Shown in pieces: positions 42,694 through 52,670 of a DNA stretch of 64,000 nucleotides. Origin of the DNA: Vicinamibacteria bacterium (GTDB lineage Bacteria > Acidobacteriota > Vicinamibacteria > Marinacidobacterales > Marinacidobacteraceae); assembly GCA_963555995.3 (NCBI GenBank), contig OY821641.1, positions 1,344,001 to 1,408,000 on the forward strand, read 5' to 3'. Made by a program: the position numbers and the translations under genes. The stretch's first letter is position 1, and each line of letters starts with the position of its first letter. A model generated the notes under the pieces. The model worked only from the letters and a program-made list of their open reading frames with translations. It was not told where the DNA came from and did not search any database.

Positions 42694-42715
42694 TCCGGAC
42701 CGCCGAGGTGATCCG

Positions 42716-45154
42716 ATGCGACTGATTGCCCTTTCAGCCCTCCTGGCCCTCGTTCCCGGGACTCTTTCCGCCCAGTGGACGAACCGTTACCCGAAACTCG
42801 ACGGGTATTCCCACCACGTCTACGTGGAGGGATTCGAACTGCCGATGCTGGTGGCGGGACCCACCGACCCGGCGCCCTCGCCGGACGGCAAGAGCATCGC
42901 GATCGCCGCGCGCGGCTGGCTCTGGCTGCTGGACCCGGCGACGGGGGTCGCGCGACGGGTGACCAGCGGCCCGGCGGTGGACAGCCGGCCCGCGTGGCAC
43001 CCGGACGGCGGACGGCTGGCGTTCCTGCGCGACGACAGCGAGCGGCTCACCATCTGGTCGTTCGATGTCGGGACCGGGGAGGAGACGCTGCTCTTCGAGG
43101 ATGACTCCATCGTCCTCGACCCCGCGTGGTCGTCCGACGGGGAAACGCTCTACTTCAGCGCCTCCACCGAGGGCGATCTGGATATCTGGCGGCTTTCGCT
43201 GGAGACGGGAGAGCCGGCGCGGGTCACCGAGCGGCGGGGCCTGGAGGTGCGCCCGCAGCCGCTGCCGGACGGGGGCCTCGCCTACCTGTCGAAGGGGCGT
43301 TCCTCTCCCGATGCGGTCATCGTCCGGGACGCTTCCGGGGCGGAAACCTCACTGCGGGCCGAGTCCATCGCCTCGCAGGCCCGGCCCGGCGCCGCGCCGG
43401 GAAAGGCCGTCCTGGCGCTGAACTGGCCGGCGGGGGACGGGGGCGACGGCTACCGGCTGATGCTGCTGGACCCCGAGAAGGTGGATCCGATGGAGCTGGT
43501 GGCCGCGCGGGGGCTGCCGCTGACGCCGGCGTTCACGGCAGACGGCGAGTCGGTGATCTATACGGAGGCGGACGAGAACGAGGAGTTCCGGCTGCGGAAG
43601 ATCAGCACGCGCGGCGGCCCGGTGACGGACGTTCCGATCCGCGGCTGGGACTTCGGGGCGCCGCTGGCCCGGGTGCGGATCACCACGCGAAAAGCTGGGG
43701 ACGACGCACCCGTGCCGGCGCGGCTCGCGGTATTGGATCCGGTCGGGCATCCGGCGGTGGTGCCGGGCGTGTTCCCCCGGTTCGACGGGACCCACGGCCG
43801 GATCTACTTCTACTCGTCCGGGGTCGTCGAGGTCGAGGTGCCGGCATCCCCGGCGGGAGAGGTGCGCATCACCGCCACCCACGGATTCAGCAGTCTCCCC
43901 GCCACGGCATCGGTCCCCGTGTCTCCCGGAGAGACGGCCGAGGCCGATCTGGTCTTCGAACCGCTCTGGGACGCGCGGGCGGCCGGCTACCGCTCCGCCG
44001 ATCACCACTTCCACCTCAACTACGGAGGGGTGACACGGCTTTCGCCGGACGACCTGGAGCTGTTGCAGGCGGGGGAGGATCTGGATCTCAGCACCCCGCT
44101 GATGGCCAACCTGCATCACCGGCGGAACGACACCGAGTTCTTCATGGACCGCCGGGTGGACGACGTCCCGGCCATCCTGTTCGGCCAGGAGGTCCGTTCC
44201 CACTTCCTGGGCCACCTCGGCCTGATCGGCATCGAGAGCGCGTTCTGGCCCTGGTTCTGGGGGCCGGGCTATCCGGTGTACGAGGCGGACGACCGTCCCA
44301 ATCGGGACGCGCTGGTCCATTCGCGGAGCCAGGGCGGGGTGAGCGCCTACATGCACCCGGTGTCGCGCCCGGATCCGTTCGGGAGCGAGGCGGGGCTGGG
44401 CGCGATTCCGATCATGGTGATCCCCGACGCCCTCCTCGGCGACCTCGACACCCTCGAGGTGGCCTGCCTCTGGACCAACGAGTTCGGCACGGCGGACCTC
44501 TGGCACCGGTTCCTGAACCTGGGAGTGCCGCTCGCCGCCTCCGCCGGTACCGACGTGATGCTCGACTACCACCGGACCATGGCGGTGGGAACCACCCGGA
44601 TCTACGTCCACGTGCCGGGGCCGTTCCGGATCGGGCCGTATCTGGAGGCTCTGAAGGCGGGGAAGAGCTTCGTCACGACGGGTCCGCTCCTGGATTTCCG
44701 CGTGGAGGGCGCCCGGCCCGGCGAGGCGCTCGGGCAGGGCGGGGAAGCCGCCTGGAAGCTGACGCTCGCCCACACCGGTCCCGTGGCGCAGGTGGACCTG
44801 CTCGTGAACGGGGCGACGGTGGAGACCCTTTCAGGACTCGCCGGCCCGGGAGTCCGCGAATTGAGCGGCGCCCTGACGCTTCCCGCCGGGGGATGGGTCG
44901 CGGCCCGAGTCCACGGCGGCGAGGAGAGCTGGCCCGGGATGAACGGTTCGGTCTTCGCCCAGACGTCACCCGTCTGGATCGGTCAGGTGGGAAGCCTCGA
45001 CCCGGCGGCGGCGGACGCGGCGGCCCGCGATCTGCTCCGCGCCCTCGACCACTCCGAAGCCGAGGTGCGCGAACGCTACGGCGATCTCCCGGTCCCCCGC
45101 ATCCTCGAACGCTTCACGCTCGCCCGCGAACGCCTCCAGGAATTCCTGCGCTAG
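42716..45154 (+). CDS. Secreted TolB-like propeller plus CehA/McbA-type (PHP-like) metallohydrolase
   Basis: Signal peptide; PAPSPDG/PAWHPDG/PAWSSDG repeats; ADHHFH, GQEVRS..GH, YMHP, AGTD, SFVTTGP motifs. Confidence 0.75.
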   Translation: MRLIALSALLALVPGTLSAQWTNRYPKLDGYSHHVYVEGFELPMLVAGPTDPAPSPDGKSIAIAARGWLWLLDPATGVARRVTSGPAVDSRPAWHPDGGRLAFLRDDSERLTIWSFDVGTGEETLLFEDDSIVLDPAWSSDGETLYFSASTEGDLDIWRLSLETGEPARVTERRGLEVRPQPLPDGGLAYLSKGRSSPDAVIVRDASGAETSLRAESIASQARPGAAPGKAVLALNWPAGDGGDGYRLMLLDPEKVDPMELVAARGLPLTPAFTADGESVIYTEADENEEFRLRKISTRGGPVTDVPIRGWDFGAPLARVRITTRKAGDDAPVPARLAVLDPVGHPAVVPGVFPRFDGTHGRIYFYSSGVVEVEVPASPAGEVRITATHGFSSLPATASVPVSPGETAEADLVFEPLWDARAAGYRSADHHFHLNYGGVTRLSPDDLELLQAGEDLDLSTPLMANLHHRRNDTEFFMDRRVDDVPAILFGQEVRSHFLGHLGLIGIESAFWPWFWGPGYPVYEADDRPNRDALVHSRSQGGVSAYMHPVSRPDPFGSEAGLGAIPIMVIPDALLGDLDTLEVACLWTNEFGTADLWHRFLNLGVPLAASAGTDVMLDYHRTMAVGTTRIYVHVPGPFRIGPYLEALKAGKSFVTTGPLLDFRVEGARPGEALGQGGEAAWKLTLAHTGPVAQVDLLVNGATVETLSGLAGPGVRELSGALTLPAGGWVAARVHGGEESWPGMNGSVFAQTSPVWIGQVGSLDPAAADAAARDLLRALDHSEAEVRERYGDLPVPRILERFTLARERLQEFLR

Positions 45155-45165
45155 CGACGCGTACC

Positions 45166-45308
45166 GCTTGGAACGCCGGTCTTCAGACCGGCACGCGCGA
45201 TGCTCCGCACCAAGCACGTCGCAACGCCCTCGCCTCGCAGCACCCACGGCTTGGAACGCCGGTCTCCAGACCGGCACGCGCGATGCTCCGCACCGCGCAC
45301 GGCGCAAC
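45166..45308 (+). repeat. Tandem pair of ~60-bp REP-plus-hairpin units (83-bp period)
   Basis: GCTTGGAACGCCGGTCTYCAGACCGGCACGCGCGATGCTCCGCACC... at 45166-45225 and 45249-45308. Confidence 0.85.
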
Positions 45309-45531
45309 CCCATCCCCCTCACTCCACCGACGCCCATTCCCGCGCATACCGGCACGGCGGTGAGTGACGTACCCTGATAGCCATGACGACGCTTGTCGAG
45401 GGTTCGGGCCGTGCCCACAGCCGCGGGCGATGCGTGCCGGCGCGTTCCCTCGGGCGCACGGGCGGTGTCGAGGTCAGTCTGCTCCGCTCCCACTGCCACC
45501 CCATCCATGACCTGACCCCCGGGAGTTCGCG

Positions 45532-46968
45532 ATGAGTTCGATCGACCGCCGTCGTTTCCTCCAGCGGCTCGCCGTATCTGCGCCGTCCCTGATCGGGCTG
45601 GTCCGTCGCAGCGATGCACAGGGACTGGCCCCGCCGGCGCTAGCCGCCCAATCGCCCGCACCCGCCGTACCGGTAGAGCCGCCGCACGCGCCCGACTACG
45701 GGCGACTGGTAACCAGCTCGGACAGTCCCCAGTTCGAGACTCCCGAGGGCTTCCGCTGCGTACCCCTGAGTTCGGGCGGCGTGGCTTCGTCGGTACGATC
45801 CGGTCTCGAAGTGCCCAATGCCTTTGACGGCATGGCGGCCTTCCCGTTGCCGAACGGCAACGTCCGCCTGATCCGCAACCACGAAATGGTTGACAGCGCG
45901 AGCAGTCCGCAGGCGCGACCCATCGGCGAGCCCTACTACGATGCACTGGCGACCGGAGGAACCACGTCGCTGGAGGTCCGGATCGCGGAGTCGGCAGGTG
46001 ACCTGACCGTCGAGCTGGTGGATGAATTCGTGTCCCTGGCGGGCACTTGCGTGAACTGTGCGGGCGGGCCAACGCCCTGGGGAAGCTGGCTGTCCTGCGA
46101 GGAGACCGTACGAGGTCTGGAGGCCGGCTACCTGCGGCCGCACGGGTACGTCTTCGAGGTTCCGGCGAGCGCCACGGGTCCGGTGGATCCAGTGCCGCTA
46201 CGCGCGATGGGGCGCTTCGAGCACGAGGCCGCGGCGGTGGACCCGGCCACCGGGATCGTTTACGAGACCGAAGATCAGGACTACGAGCCGGACGAGGACG
46301 CGGGCGCGGGCTTTTACCGCTTCATCCCCGATCAGGTGGGAGTGCTGTCCGCAGGAGGCCGTCTGCAGATGCTGGCGATCACGGGCCGACCCGGAACCGC
46401 GCTGGCGCTCGGACAGACGGTTGGCGCCGTGTTCCCGGTCCACTGGGTTGACATCGCCGATCCCGATCCTGCGGATGCCGAAGCGAATCCACTGGCGGTC
46501 TTCAGGCAGGGTCGGGCACAGGGCGCCGCGAGCTTCGACCGGCTCGAAGGCGCCTGGTACGGAGACGGTGGCATCTACATCGTGTCCACCAGCGGCGGCG
46601 CCGCCCGATGCGGCCAGGTCTTCCACTACCGTCCCACGTCCGCTGGCGCCGGCGAACTGACGGTGGTCTTCGAGTCCTTGTCCAGCCGGATGCTGGATGC
46701 CCCGGACAACGTCGTAGTCAGCCCGCGGGGCGGGGTCGTGCTCTGTGAAGACGGGACCGACGATCACTACATCCGGGGTCTGAATCGCGAGGGGCAGATC
46801 TTCGACCTCGTGCATGCACCCAACCCGGTCGGTGAGTACGCGGGAACGTGTTTCAGCCCTGACGGAAAGGTGATGTTCTTCAACGTGCAGGGGTCGTCGT
46901 CCGTTGGCGGTTCCCGGTCGAGTACGACGTACGCGATGTGGGGGCCCTGGGAGGCGGGACCGGTCTAG
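45532..46968 (+). CDS. phoX: PhoX-family alkaline phosphatase (DUF839), Tat-exported
   Basis: IDRRRFL Tat signal; FDGM, RNHE, NCAGGPTPWGSWLSCEE, MGRFEHEA, RLEG, PDN, CED motifs. Confidence 0.85.
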   Translation: MSSIDRRRFLQRLAVSAPSLIGLVRRSDAQGLAPPALAAQSPAPAVPVEPPHAPDYGRLVTSSDSPQFETPEGFRCVPLSSGGVASSVRSGLEVPNAFDGMAAFPLPNGNVRLIRNHEMVDSASSPQARPIGEPYYDALATGGTTSLEVRIAESAGDLTVELVDEFVSLAGTCVNCAGGPTPWGSWLSCEETVRGLEAGYLRPHGYVFEVPASATGPVDPVPLRAMGRFEHEAAAVDPATGIVYETEDQDYEPDEDAGAGFYRFIPDQVGVLSAGGRLQMLAITGRPGTALALGQTVGAVFPVHWVDIADPDPADAEANPLAVFRQGRAQGAASFDRLEGAWYGDGGIYIVSTSGGAARCGQVFHYRPTSAGAGELTVVFESLSSRMLDAPDNVVVSPRGGVVLCEDGTDDHYIRGLNREGQIFDLVHAPNPVGEYAGTCFSPDGKVMFFNVQGSSSVGGSRSSTTYAMWGPWEAGPV

Positions 46969-46980
46969 CACCGGGCCGTT

Positions 46981-48320
46981 CTACTCCCCCAGGTCCACCA
47001 CCCGGAGGTTCCGCCAGCGCACCTTGATCCCGCCGCCGTCGTGGATCTGGAGTGCGATCGAGCCCTCGGCCGCCCCGATCTGCGCGCGAAGTCCACCATC
47101 CGGGTCCCGTTCAGCCAGGTGGTTACCCGGTCGCCCACCGCTCGGACGCGCAGGGTGTTCCACGCGCCCATGTTCAGGGCCTCGTCGAGCGCCGGATCGG
47201 GCTGCACCAGCCAGCCGCGGCCGTACGACTCGTAGATGCCGCCGGTGAAAAGGCCGGGAGGCGCCACCTCCGCCTGCCAGCCGCTCACGATGGTCCCTTC
47301 CACGCCGGCGCGGAAGAACACCCCGCTGTTGCCGTCGGCCTCCTGCAGGAACTCGACGGCGAGATCGAAGTCGCGAAACGTCCGGTCGGTCTTCAGGTAG
47401 CCGTATTCCGCGTCAGGGCCGCTTTCGCAAACGAGTTCCCCGTTTTCGACGTACCAGCGCTCGGTGCCGTGCACCTGCCAGCCGTCGAGGTCCTCGCCGT
47501 TGAACAGGGACACGGGTGCGAGGGGCAGGATCCTGATGCTCCGGTACCAGACGTTCCGGCCGTGGTCCTGGAGGCCGATGGGCCCTGACGCCGCGCGGCC
47601 GTAGCGCGGATACGGAGCGAACTTGCTGGCCGCGACGAGCTCCTCCCATTCCGGCGAGCCGAACTTGTACTCCACCGTCTTCGTCCCGTTCAGCCAGTGC
47701 TCCACGTGGTCGTTCAGCACGCGGATGCGGCCCTCGTTCCATTCGCCGGGTCCGTGCAGGGTCTTCTCGCCCGCGGCGTGCAGGTCGTAGTTGTCGCCGG
47801 TGAGGTGTTTGTGCATGTCCATCGTGCCCATCTCGATGTAGGCGTCGTCGTCGAGCACCTGGTACTCGGGCGCGCCCCACCAGATCTCAGCGCCCTCTTC
47901 CTCGATCACCCGGTACAAGACGCCGCTGTTGGCCACCTCGGAGAGCCGGAACTCGAACTTGAGGTCGAAGTCGCTGAAGGACTCGGTGGTGACGATGTCC
48001 CCGCCGACCGGGACGTCCGGGTCCGTGGCGGTGGCGCCCACGACCAGCATGCCGTCCATCACGCCCCAGCCAGTGTCGGGGAATTCCTCCCGGTTGTAGC
48101 CCCGCCATCCGTTCGCCGTCTCTCCGTCGAAGAGGAGGCGCCAGCCCGCGGCGCGCTCGGCCTCGGTAAGGGTGTTGGGCGGAGTGGATCGCTCCTCGGC
48201 GGGAGTGGCCGTCCCGGATGCGGCGACTCCGCCGTCCGGAGACTCACCGCCACAGGCTGCGGTGAGAGCCACCGCCAGGAGCGCTTTCCCGAGGGTCTGC
48301 ATTTCGTTTCTCACGTTCAT
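46981..48320 (-). CDS. Tandem DUF1080 (3-keto-disaccharide hydrolase family) lipoprotein, apparent frameshift near 47085
   Basis: Lipobox TAAC; two domains (LLFDG/NSGV/GLQDHG/YRSIRI and LFNG/NSGV). The C-terminal IALQIHDGGGIKVRWRNLRV lies in a shifted frame ending at 46981. Confidence 0.82.
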
Positions 48321-49729
48321 CAGGCGAGCCTCATCGCGTCGGGGTCCCAGCGGACCGCGCGGTCCTGGAAGTAGGCGAGGTTGCAGGCCAGGGCGGGAGC
48401 GGCGGCCCGGAGGCCGAAGGCCGCGTCCTGAACCACCGGCGGCCCGCCGCGGACCGCCTCGAAGAAGCCCACGTAGTGGTCCACCAGCGCGCCGCGGTAG
48501 CCGCGTTCGACCGCGTGGTGGATCTCCACCGGGGGCTGCATCCGGACCCGGGCGGGCAGGCCCTCCGGGTCCGCCGCCGCGTCGGCCATCTTCTCCCGGG
48601 AGAAGGCGTCCATCGGATCCACCGCCACGTTCTTGCGCAGCACCACCTCGGTCCAGGTGACGTCCATCGAACCCTCGCTCCCGACCAGGCGCAGGAACGT
48701 GCTGCCGGACGTTCCGTCCACGAAGTTGACGCGCAGCGACAGGTTGAAGCCGGGGTGCGTGTCGGTCGCGGGATAGTCGAACATGCCGAGGAGCACGTCC
48801 GGCACCTCGCGGCCGTCCTCCCAGTAGCGCAGCCCGCCCGTCGCCTGGATGCGCGTCGGCCCGCGCGAGCTCACGATGAAGTGCAGGCTCGAAAAGAGGT
48901 GGACGAAGAGGTCGCCGGCGACCCCGGTGCCGTAGTCGCGGTAGTTCCGCCAGCGGAAGACGCGCAGCGGGTCGTAGGGGACCTCGGGCGCCGGACCCAG
49001 GAAACGCTTCCAGTCAACGGTCGCTCCGGACGCGCCGGCGGGAATCGGATACTGCCAGGCGCCGAGGGGATCGTTGCGCGCCCAGAAGCCCTCGGCGTAG
49101 TTGAGTTCGCCGATGGCCCCGGCCTCGTAGAGCTCCTTCGCCTTCTCGTTGCCGAGCGAACTCATCCCCTGGCTGCCCACCTGGAACACCCTCCCGGATT
49201 CCTGCTGCGCCTGGATCAGGCCGTGCCCCTCGGCAATGTCGTGGACCATCGGCTTTTCGCAGTACGCGGCCTTGCCCGCCCCGAGCGCGTCCACCGAGAT
49301 CGGCTGATGCCAGTGGTCGGGTGTCCCGACGATGACCGCGTCCACATCGTCGCGGGCGAGCACTTCCCGGTAGTCGCGGGTGGTGAAGATGGCCCCGTGC
49401 CGATCGCGGGCGGCGTCGAGGCGGCCGTCGAAGATGTCGCAGGCCGCCACGAGTTCGACCCCGGGGATGCGGAGCGCGGTGTCCACGCCGGCCATCCCCA
49501 TCCCGCCCGCACCGATGACGGCCAAGCCGATCCGGTCGGAAGGGGCGACGCGGCCGCCGGGAGCCCCACCGGCGAGCGCGCGGGTCTCCCGGCGAACCAT
49601 GGTGCGGCGTTCGCCCGCGAGCAGGGACGGCAGACCGGCGGCCAGCGCCGGTCCGGCCGTGACGGTCCTGATGAACTGCCGCCGGCTGCGGGCCGGGGTC
49701 CGGGGACTGGGGCTTCGTGTTTCGCTCAT
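48320..49729 (-). CDS. Gfo/Idh/MocA family oxidoreductase, Tat-exported
   Basis: SRRQFI Tat motif, IGAGGMG, TPDHWH, CEKP, QVGSQ, WRNYRDYGTGVAGDLFVH motifs. Confidence 0.9.
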   Translation of the reverse strand: MSETRSPSPRTPARSRRQFIRTVTAGPALAAGLPSLLAGERRTMVRRETRALAGGAPGGRVAPSDRIGLAVIGAGGMGMAGVDTALRIPGVELVAACDIFDGRLDAARDRHGAIFTTRDYREVLARDDVDAVIVGTPDHWHQPISVDALGAGKAAYCEKPMVHDIAEGHGLIQAQQESGRVFQVGSQGMSSLGNEKAKELYEAGAIGELNYAEGFWARNDPLGAWQYPIPAGASGATVDWKRFLGPAPEVPYDPLRVFRWRNYRDYGTGVAGDLFVHLFSSLHFIVSSRGPTRIQATGGLRYWEDGREVPDVLLGMFDYPATDTHPGFNLSLRVNFVDGTSGSTFLRLVGSEGSMDVTWTEVVLRKNVAVDPMDAFSREKMADAAADPEGLPARVRMQPPVEIHHAVERGYRGALVDHYVGFFEAVRGGPPVVQDAAFGLRAAAPALACNLAYFQDRAVRWDPDAMRLA

Positions 49730-49792
49730 GAGTGGGTCCGTCTTGCGCTCGGAGGGGGTGGGTCGCCGAGCCGGGCGAGCATACGTGCCCGG

Positions 49793-51148
49793 TCAGACGA
49801 GCGGGAACAGGGTGGCGAGGAGCAGGACCTGCAGCACCCCGAAGACTCCGACCGCGGCGGCGACCGCCGTCCAGGTGCGGAAGGTTTCCCCTTCGCTGAA
49901 CCCGGACATCCGGCCGACCACCCAGAAGCCGCTGTCGTTCATCCAGGAGGCCGCCATCGAGCCGAACCCCACCGCCGCGAAGAGGTAGGCGGGGTGGAAG
50001 GAAAGCGCGGTGGAATCCGGAACCAGCGACGCCACGATCGCCGATCCGGTGAGGATGGCGACCGTTCCCGATCCCTGCGCCAGCTTGAGGAGGGAGGCGA
50101 TCCCGGCCGCGAGGAGCAGGAGAAGGACGCCGTCGGCGGCGGCGGAGACCCGCGCCAGGTCCTCCGTGATGCCCGCTCCCGCGAGGGCGCGCCCGAACGC
50201 GCCGCCGGCCGCCGTGATCAGGATGATGGGACCGGCTTCGCCGATGGCGCCGCCGAAGGAGCCGAGAAGCTGTCTCACCGGAGACCGCTGCGTCTTCCAG
50301 AGCACGAAGGCCGCGGCGAACGCCGCCAGGAAGAGCGCCGCGTTCCGGTGGCCCAGGACGGCCGCCCAAGCCGCCCCCGGAACGGTCCCTTCGGCGCCGG
50401 CGGCGACCGCGGAGGCCCCGCTCATGAGGACGACCGGGAGCGCGATCGGGAACACCGAGGCGACGAGCCCCGGGCGGCTCCCGCCGGTGGCTCCCCGATC
50501 CGGAACGGGGGTTTCACGGCTGTCGGGTTCGACGTTCAGGCCTCGTGCGAACCTGGGTGCGGTGAGGAGGGCCGCGGTCACCGGCAGCAGCCCGAGCAGC
50601 AGCCCGAACCCGATGGCGGTCCCCAGGTCGAGCCGCAGCGTGTCCGCCATGCCGAGCGGGCCAGGAGTCGGCGGCACGAGGGAATGGGTCGCGATGGCGC
50701 CGGCGCAGATCGCCATCACGAACATGGGGTAGCGGCCCGGCGCCCGGCGGGCCAGCGCGCGGGCCAGGGGAATCAGCAGGAAGAACACCGTGTCGAAGAA
50801 GACCGGGATGGAGAGCACGTAGGCTGCGGCGGCGAGCGCCCAGACCGCGCGGCGCTCCCCGAAGAGGCCGAGCAGCGACCCCGCGATCCGGTCCGCCGCG
50901 CCGCTCCGCAGCAGGCAGTCGCCGATCACCGCCGCGAGCGCGATGGCGATCCCGATGGCTCCAACCAAGTCGCCGAAGGCGGTGGCCGTCGTTTCGAGGG
51001 CCTCGAAGACACGCTCGGGGGCCGAGACCTCCCGAGAACCCAGCGAACCCGCCAGGATCGCGCCCAGCGTCAGCGCCAGGAACGGGTGGAGACGCAGAAC
51101 GCCGATGGACAGCGCGACGAACAGCGTGCCGAGGAGGACGGCGGTCAT
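49793..51148 (-). CDS. GntP family permease
   Basis: LHPFLAL, IPVFFD, HSLVPPTPGP, QGSGTVA, SWMNDSGFW motifs. Confidence 0.9.
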   Translation of the reverse strand: MTAVLLGTLFVALSIGVLRLHPFLALTLGAILAGSLGSREVSAPERVFEALETTATAFGDLVGAIGIAIALAAVIGDCLLRSGAADRIAGSLLGLFGERRAVWALAAAAYVLSIPVFFDTVFFLLIPLARALARRAPGRYPMFVMAICAGAIATHSLVPPTPGPLGMADTLRLDLGTAIGFGLLLGLLPVTAALLTAPRFARGLNVEPDSRETPVPDRGATGGSRPGLVASVFPIALPVVLMSGASAVAAGAEGTVPGAAWAAVLGHRNAALFLAAFAAAFVLWKTQRSPVRQLLGSFGGAIGEAGPIILITAAGGAFGRALAGAGITEDLARVSAAADGVLLLLLAAGIASLLKLAQGSGTVAILTGSAIVASLVPDSTALSFHPAYLFAAVGFGSMAASWMNDSGFWVVGRMSGFSEGETFRTWTAVAAAVGVFGVLQVLLLATLFPLV

Positions 51149-51189
51149 GGGTCCGAGAGGATGTCACGCGCCCCCGGCCGGCGGCGCGC

Positions 51190-52554
51190 TCAGCGCGGGC
51201 GCGGGACCAGCAGCAGGCGCTCCATCCGGGGATCAATGTAGGTCGTCGTCTCGCCGTCGAAGATGGCGTCCTCCTCGAGGGCGATCCGGACTTCCTGGCC
51301 GTCCCACTCGGGCACCGCGACCCGGGCGTTCAGTTCGATGGAATGAGCGGTCATCGGAAAGAGCTCGTAGTCGCCCTTGCCGGGAACGCCCTCTTGCCGG
51401 TCCCAGAGGCCGATGGTGGGACCCGCCGCGTGGCCGTGGAAGCCGATCGGATGCGTGTAGATCGAGGCCTTGATCCCCTCGCTCTCCGCCTGGGCCAGGG
51501 CCGCCGCCAGGATTTCGTTGCCGGTCCGTCCGGCCACGAACTCGTCCGTCAGGATGTCCTGGAGCCGGTTTCCGGTGGAGAACGCTTCGCCGAGCCCGGC
51601 CGGGGCCGCCGTTTCGCCGTGCCGCAGCACGTAGGCGTGCATCTGGGTGTCCGTGTTGAGCCGGAGATAGGTGATCCCGAAGTCCACGTGGATCAGGTCG
51701 CCCGGCAGGATGGTGTTCGGCGGGGGGCGGGAGGAGAAGTCGCCCTGCTCCCCGGAATTGCCGCCGAACATCGCGCCCTCCCGGCGCTGCACCGAAACCC
51801 CCGGTTGGAACCAGGTCTGGAGCTTCAGTTCCCGGATCCGCTCGCGGTACCACCAGGATAGGTCCTGCGTCGTGGTGACCCCCGGCTGGATGGCCTTTTC
51901 CGACAGTCCCTCGGAGATGATCGAGCGCGCCAGCCTGACGACCGCCGGATAGACGGCCATCTCCTCCGGGGTCCGGGTTTCGAGCCAGGCGATGGCGAGC
52001 CGCTCGGCGTCGTGGAGCCGTCCCGCGAGGTCGAGTCCGAGCGCCGCCCGGAGCGCCTCGTACTCCGTGGACGTGATTCCGTCGGCGAGTCCGAAGTCCG
52101 TCGAGCGGTTCACGCCGATCACCCGGGGGTTCCGCTCCCGGACGAGTTCGGCTACCCGCGCCCACTGGTCGGGTTCGGTTTCCGGGTCCCAGGCGCCGGG
52201 GATGCCCCCGATGTCGTAGCGCGCCACCGCGAAACGCTCCACGCCCTCCTCCGCGCCGCGGTCGTGGAACACCAGCACGGTCCGCCGCCGCGCCGCCAGC
52301 CAGGTGTAGGGCAGCATGGTGCGGATGACCGGGTCCTCGTTGTACTCCCGCGCCGCGACGATCCACAGGTCCACGCCCTCGCGCCGCATGATCTCCGGCA
52401 GGACGGTCTCGAAACGGATCTCCAGCCAGCGGTCCACGAGCGCCGCGCGTTCCCGCAGCGGGAGGACCGTGGGAGCGGACTGTCCGGCCGCGATCACCGG
52501 CAGTAAGAGGGCCGCGAGCAGAGCGGGAATGACCAGGTTCCGGTTCCAGCGCAT
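51190..52554 (-). CDS. M24 family metallopeptidase (Xaa-Pro aminopeptidase-like), secreted
   Basis: Signal peptide; HVDFG, NTDTQ, THPIGFHGH, SIE, LEED metal ligands. Confidence 0.85.
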   Translation of the reverse strand: MRWNRNLVIPALLAALLLPVIAAGQSAPTVLPLRERAALVDRWLEIRFETVLPEIMRREGVDLWIVAAREYNEDPVIRTMLPYTWLAARRRTVLVFHDRGAEEGVERFAVARYDIGGIPGAWDPETEPDQWARVAELVRERNPRVIGVNRSTDFGLADGITSTEYEALRAALGLDLAGRLHDAERLAIAWLETRTPEEMAVYPAVVRLARSIISEGLSEKAIQPGVTTTQDLSWWYRERIRELKLQTWFQPGVSVQRREGAMFGGNSGEQGDFSSRPPPNTILPGDLIHVDFGITYLRLNTDTQMHAYVLRHGETAAPAGLGEAFSTGNRLQDILTDEFVAGRTGNEILAAALAQAESEGIKASIYTHPIGFHGHAAGPTIGLWDRQEGVPGKGDYELFPMTAHSIELNARVAVPEWDGQEVRIALEEDAIFDGETTTYIDPRMERLLLVPRPR

Positions 52555-52670
52555 GCGAGTTCTCCTTTGTCCGTCCGGGCGGACCGCGCGGGCAGCATAC
52601 CGATAGACTCGGCGGCCGCCCGTTCCGGCGGACCCGGTGCCCGAGCGGAGCGGCCCGCGGAGGAAGACAC

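Noticed and set aside
45166-45308. Two direct repeats with a short spacer resembling a mini CRISPR array
   Set aside because: Only two ~60-bp units with a 23-bp gap. The same unit is dispersed in both orientations through the window and there are no cas genes, so it is a REP doublet.
45355-45400. Possible Pho box upstream of phoX
   Set aside because: The GTCAT/GTCAC-like half-sites do not show the 11-bp periodicity of a PhoB box.
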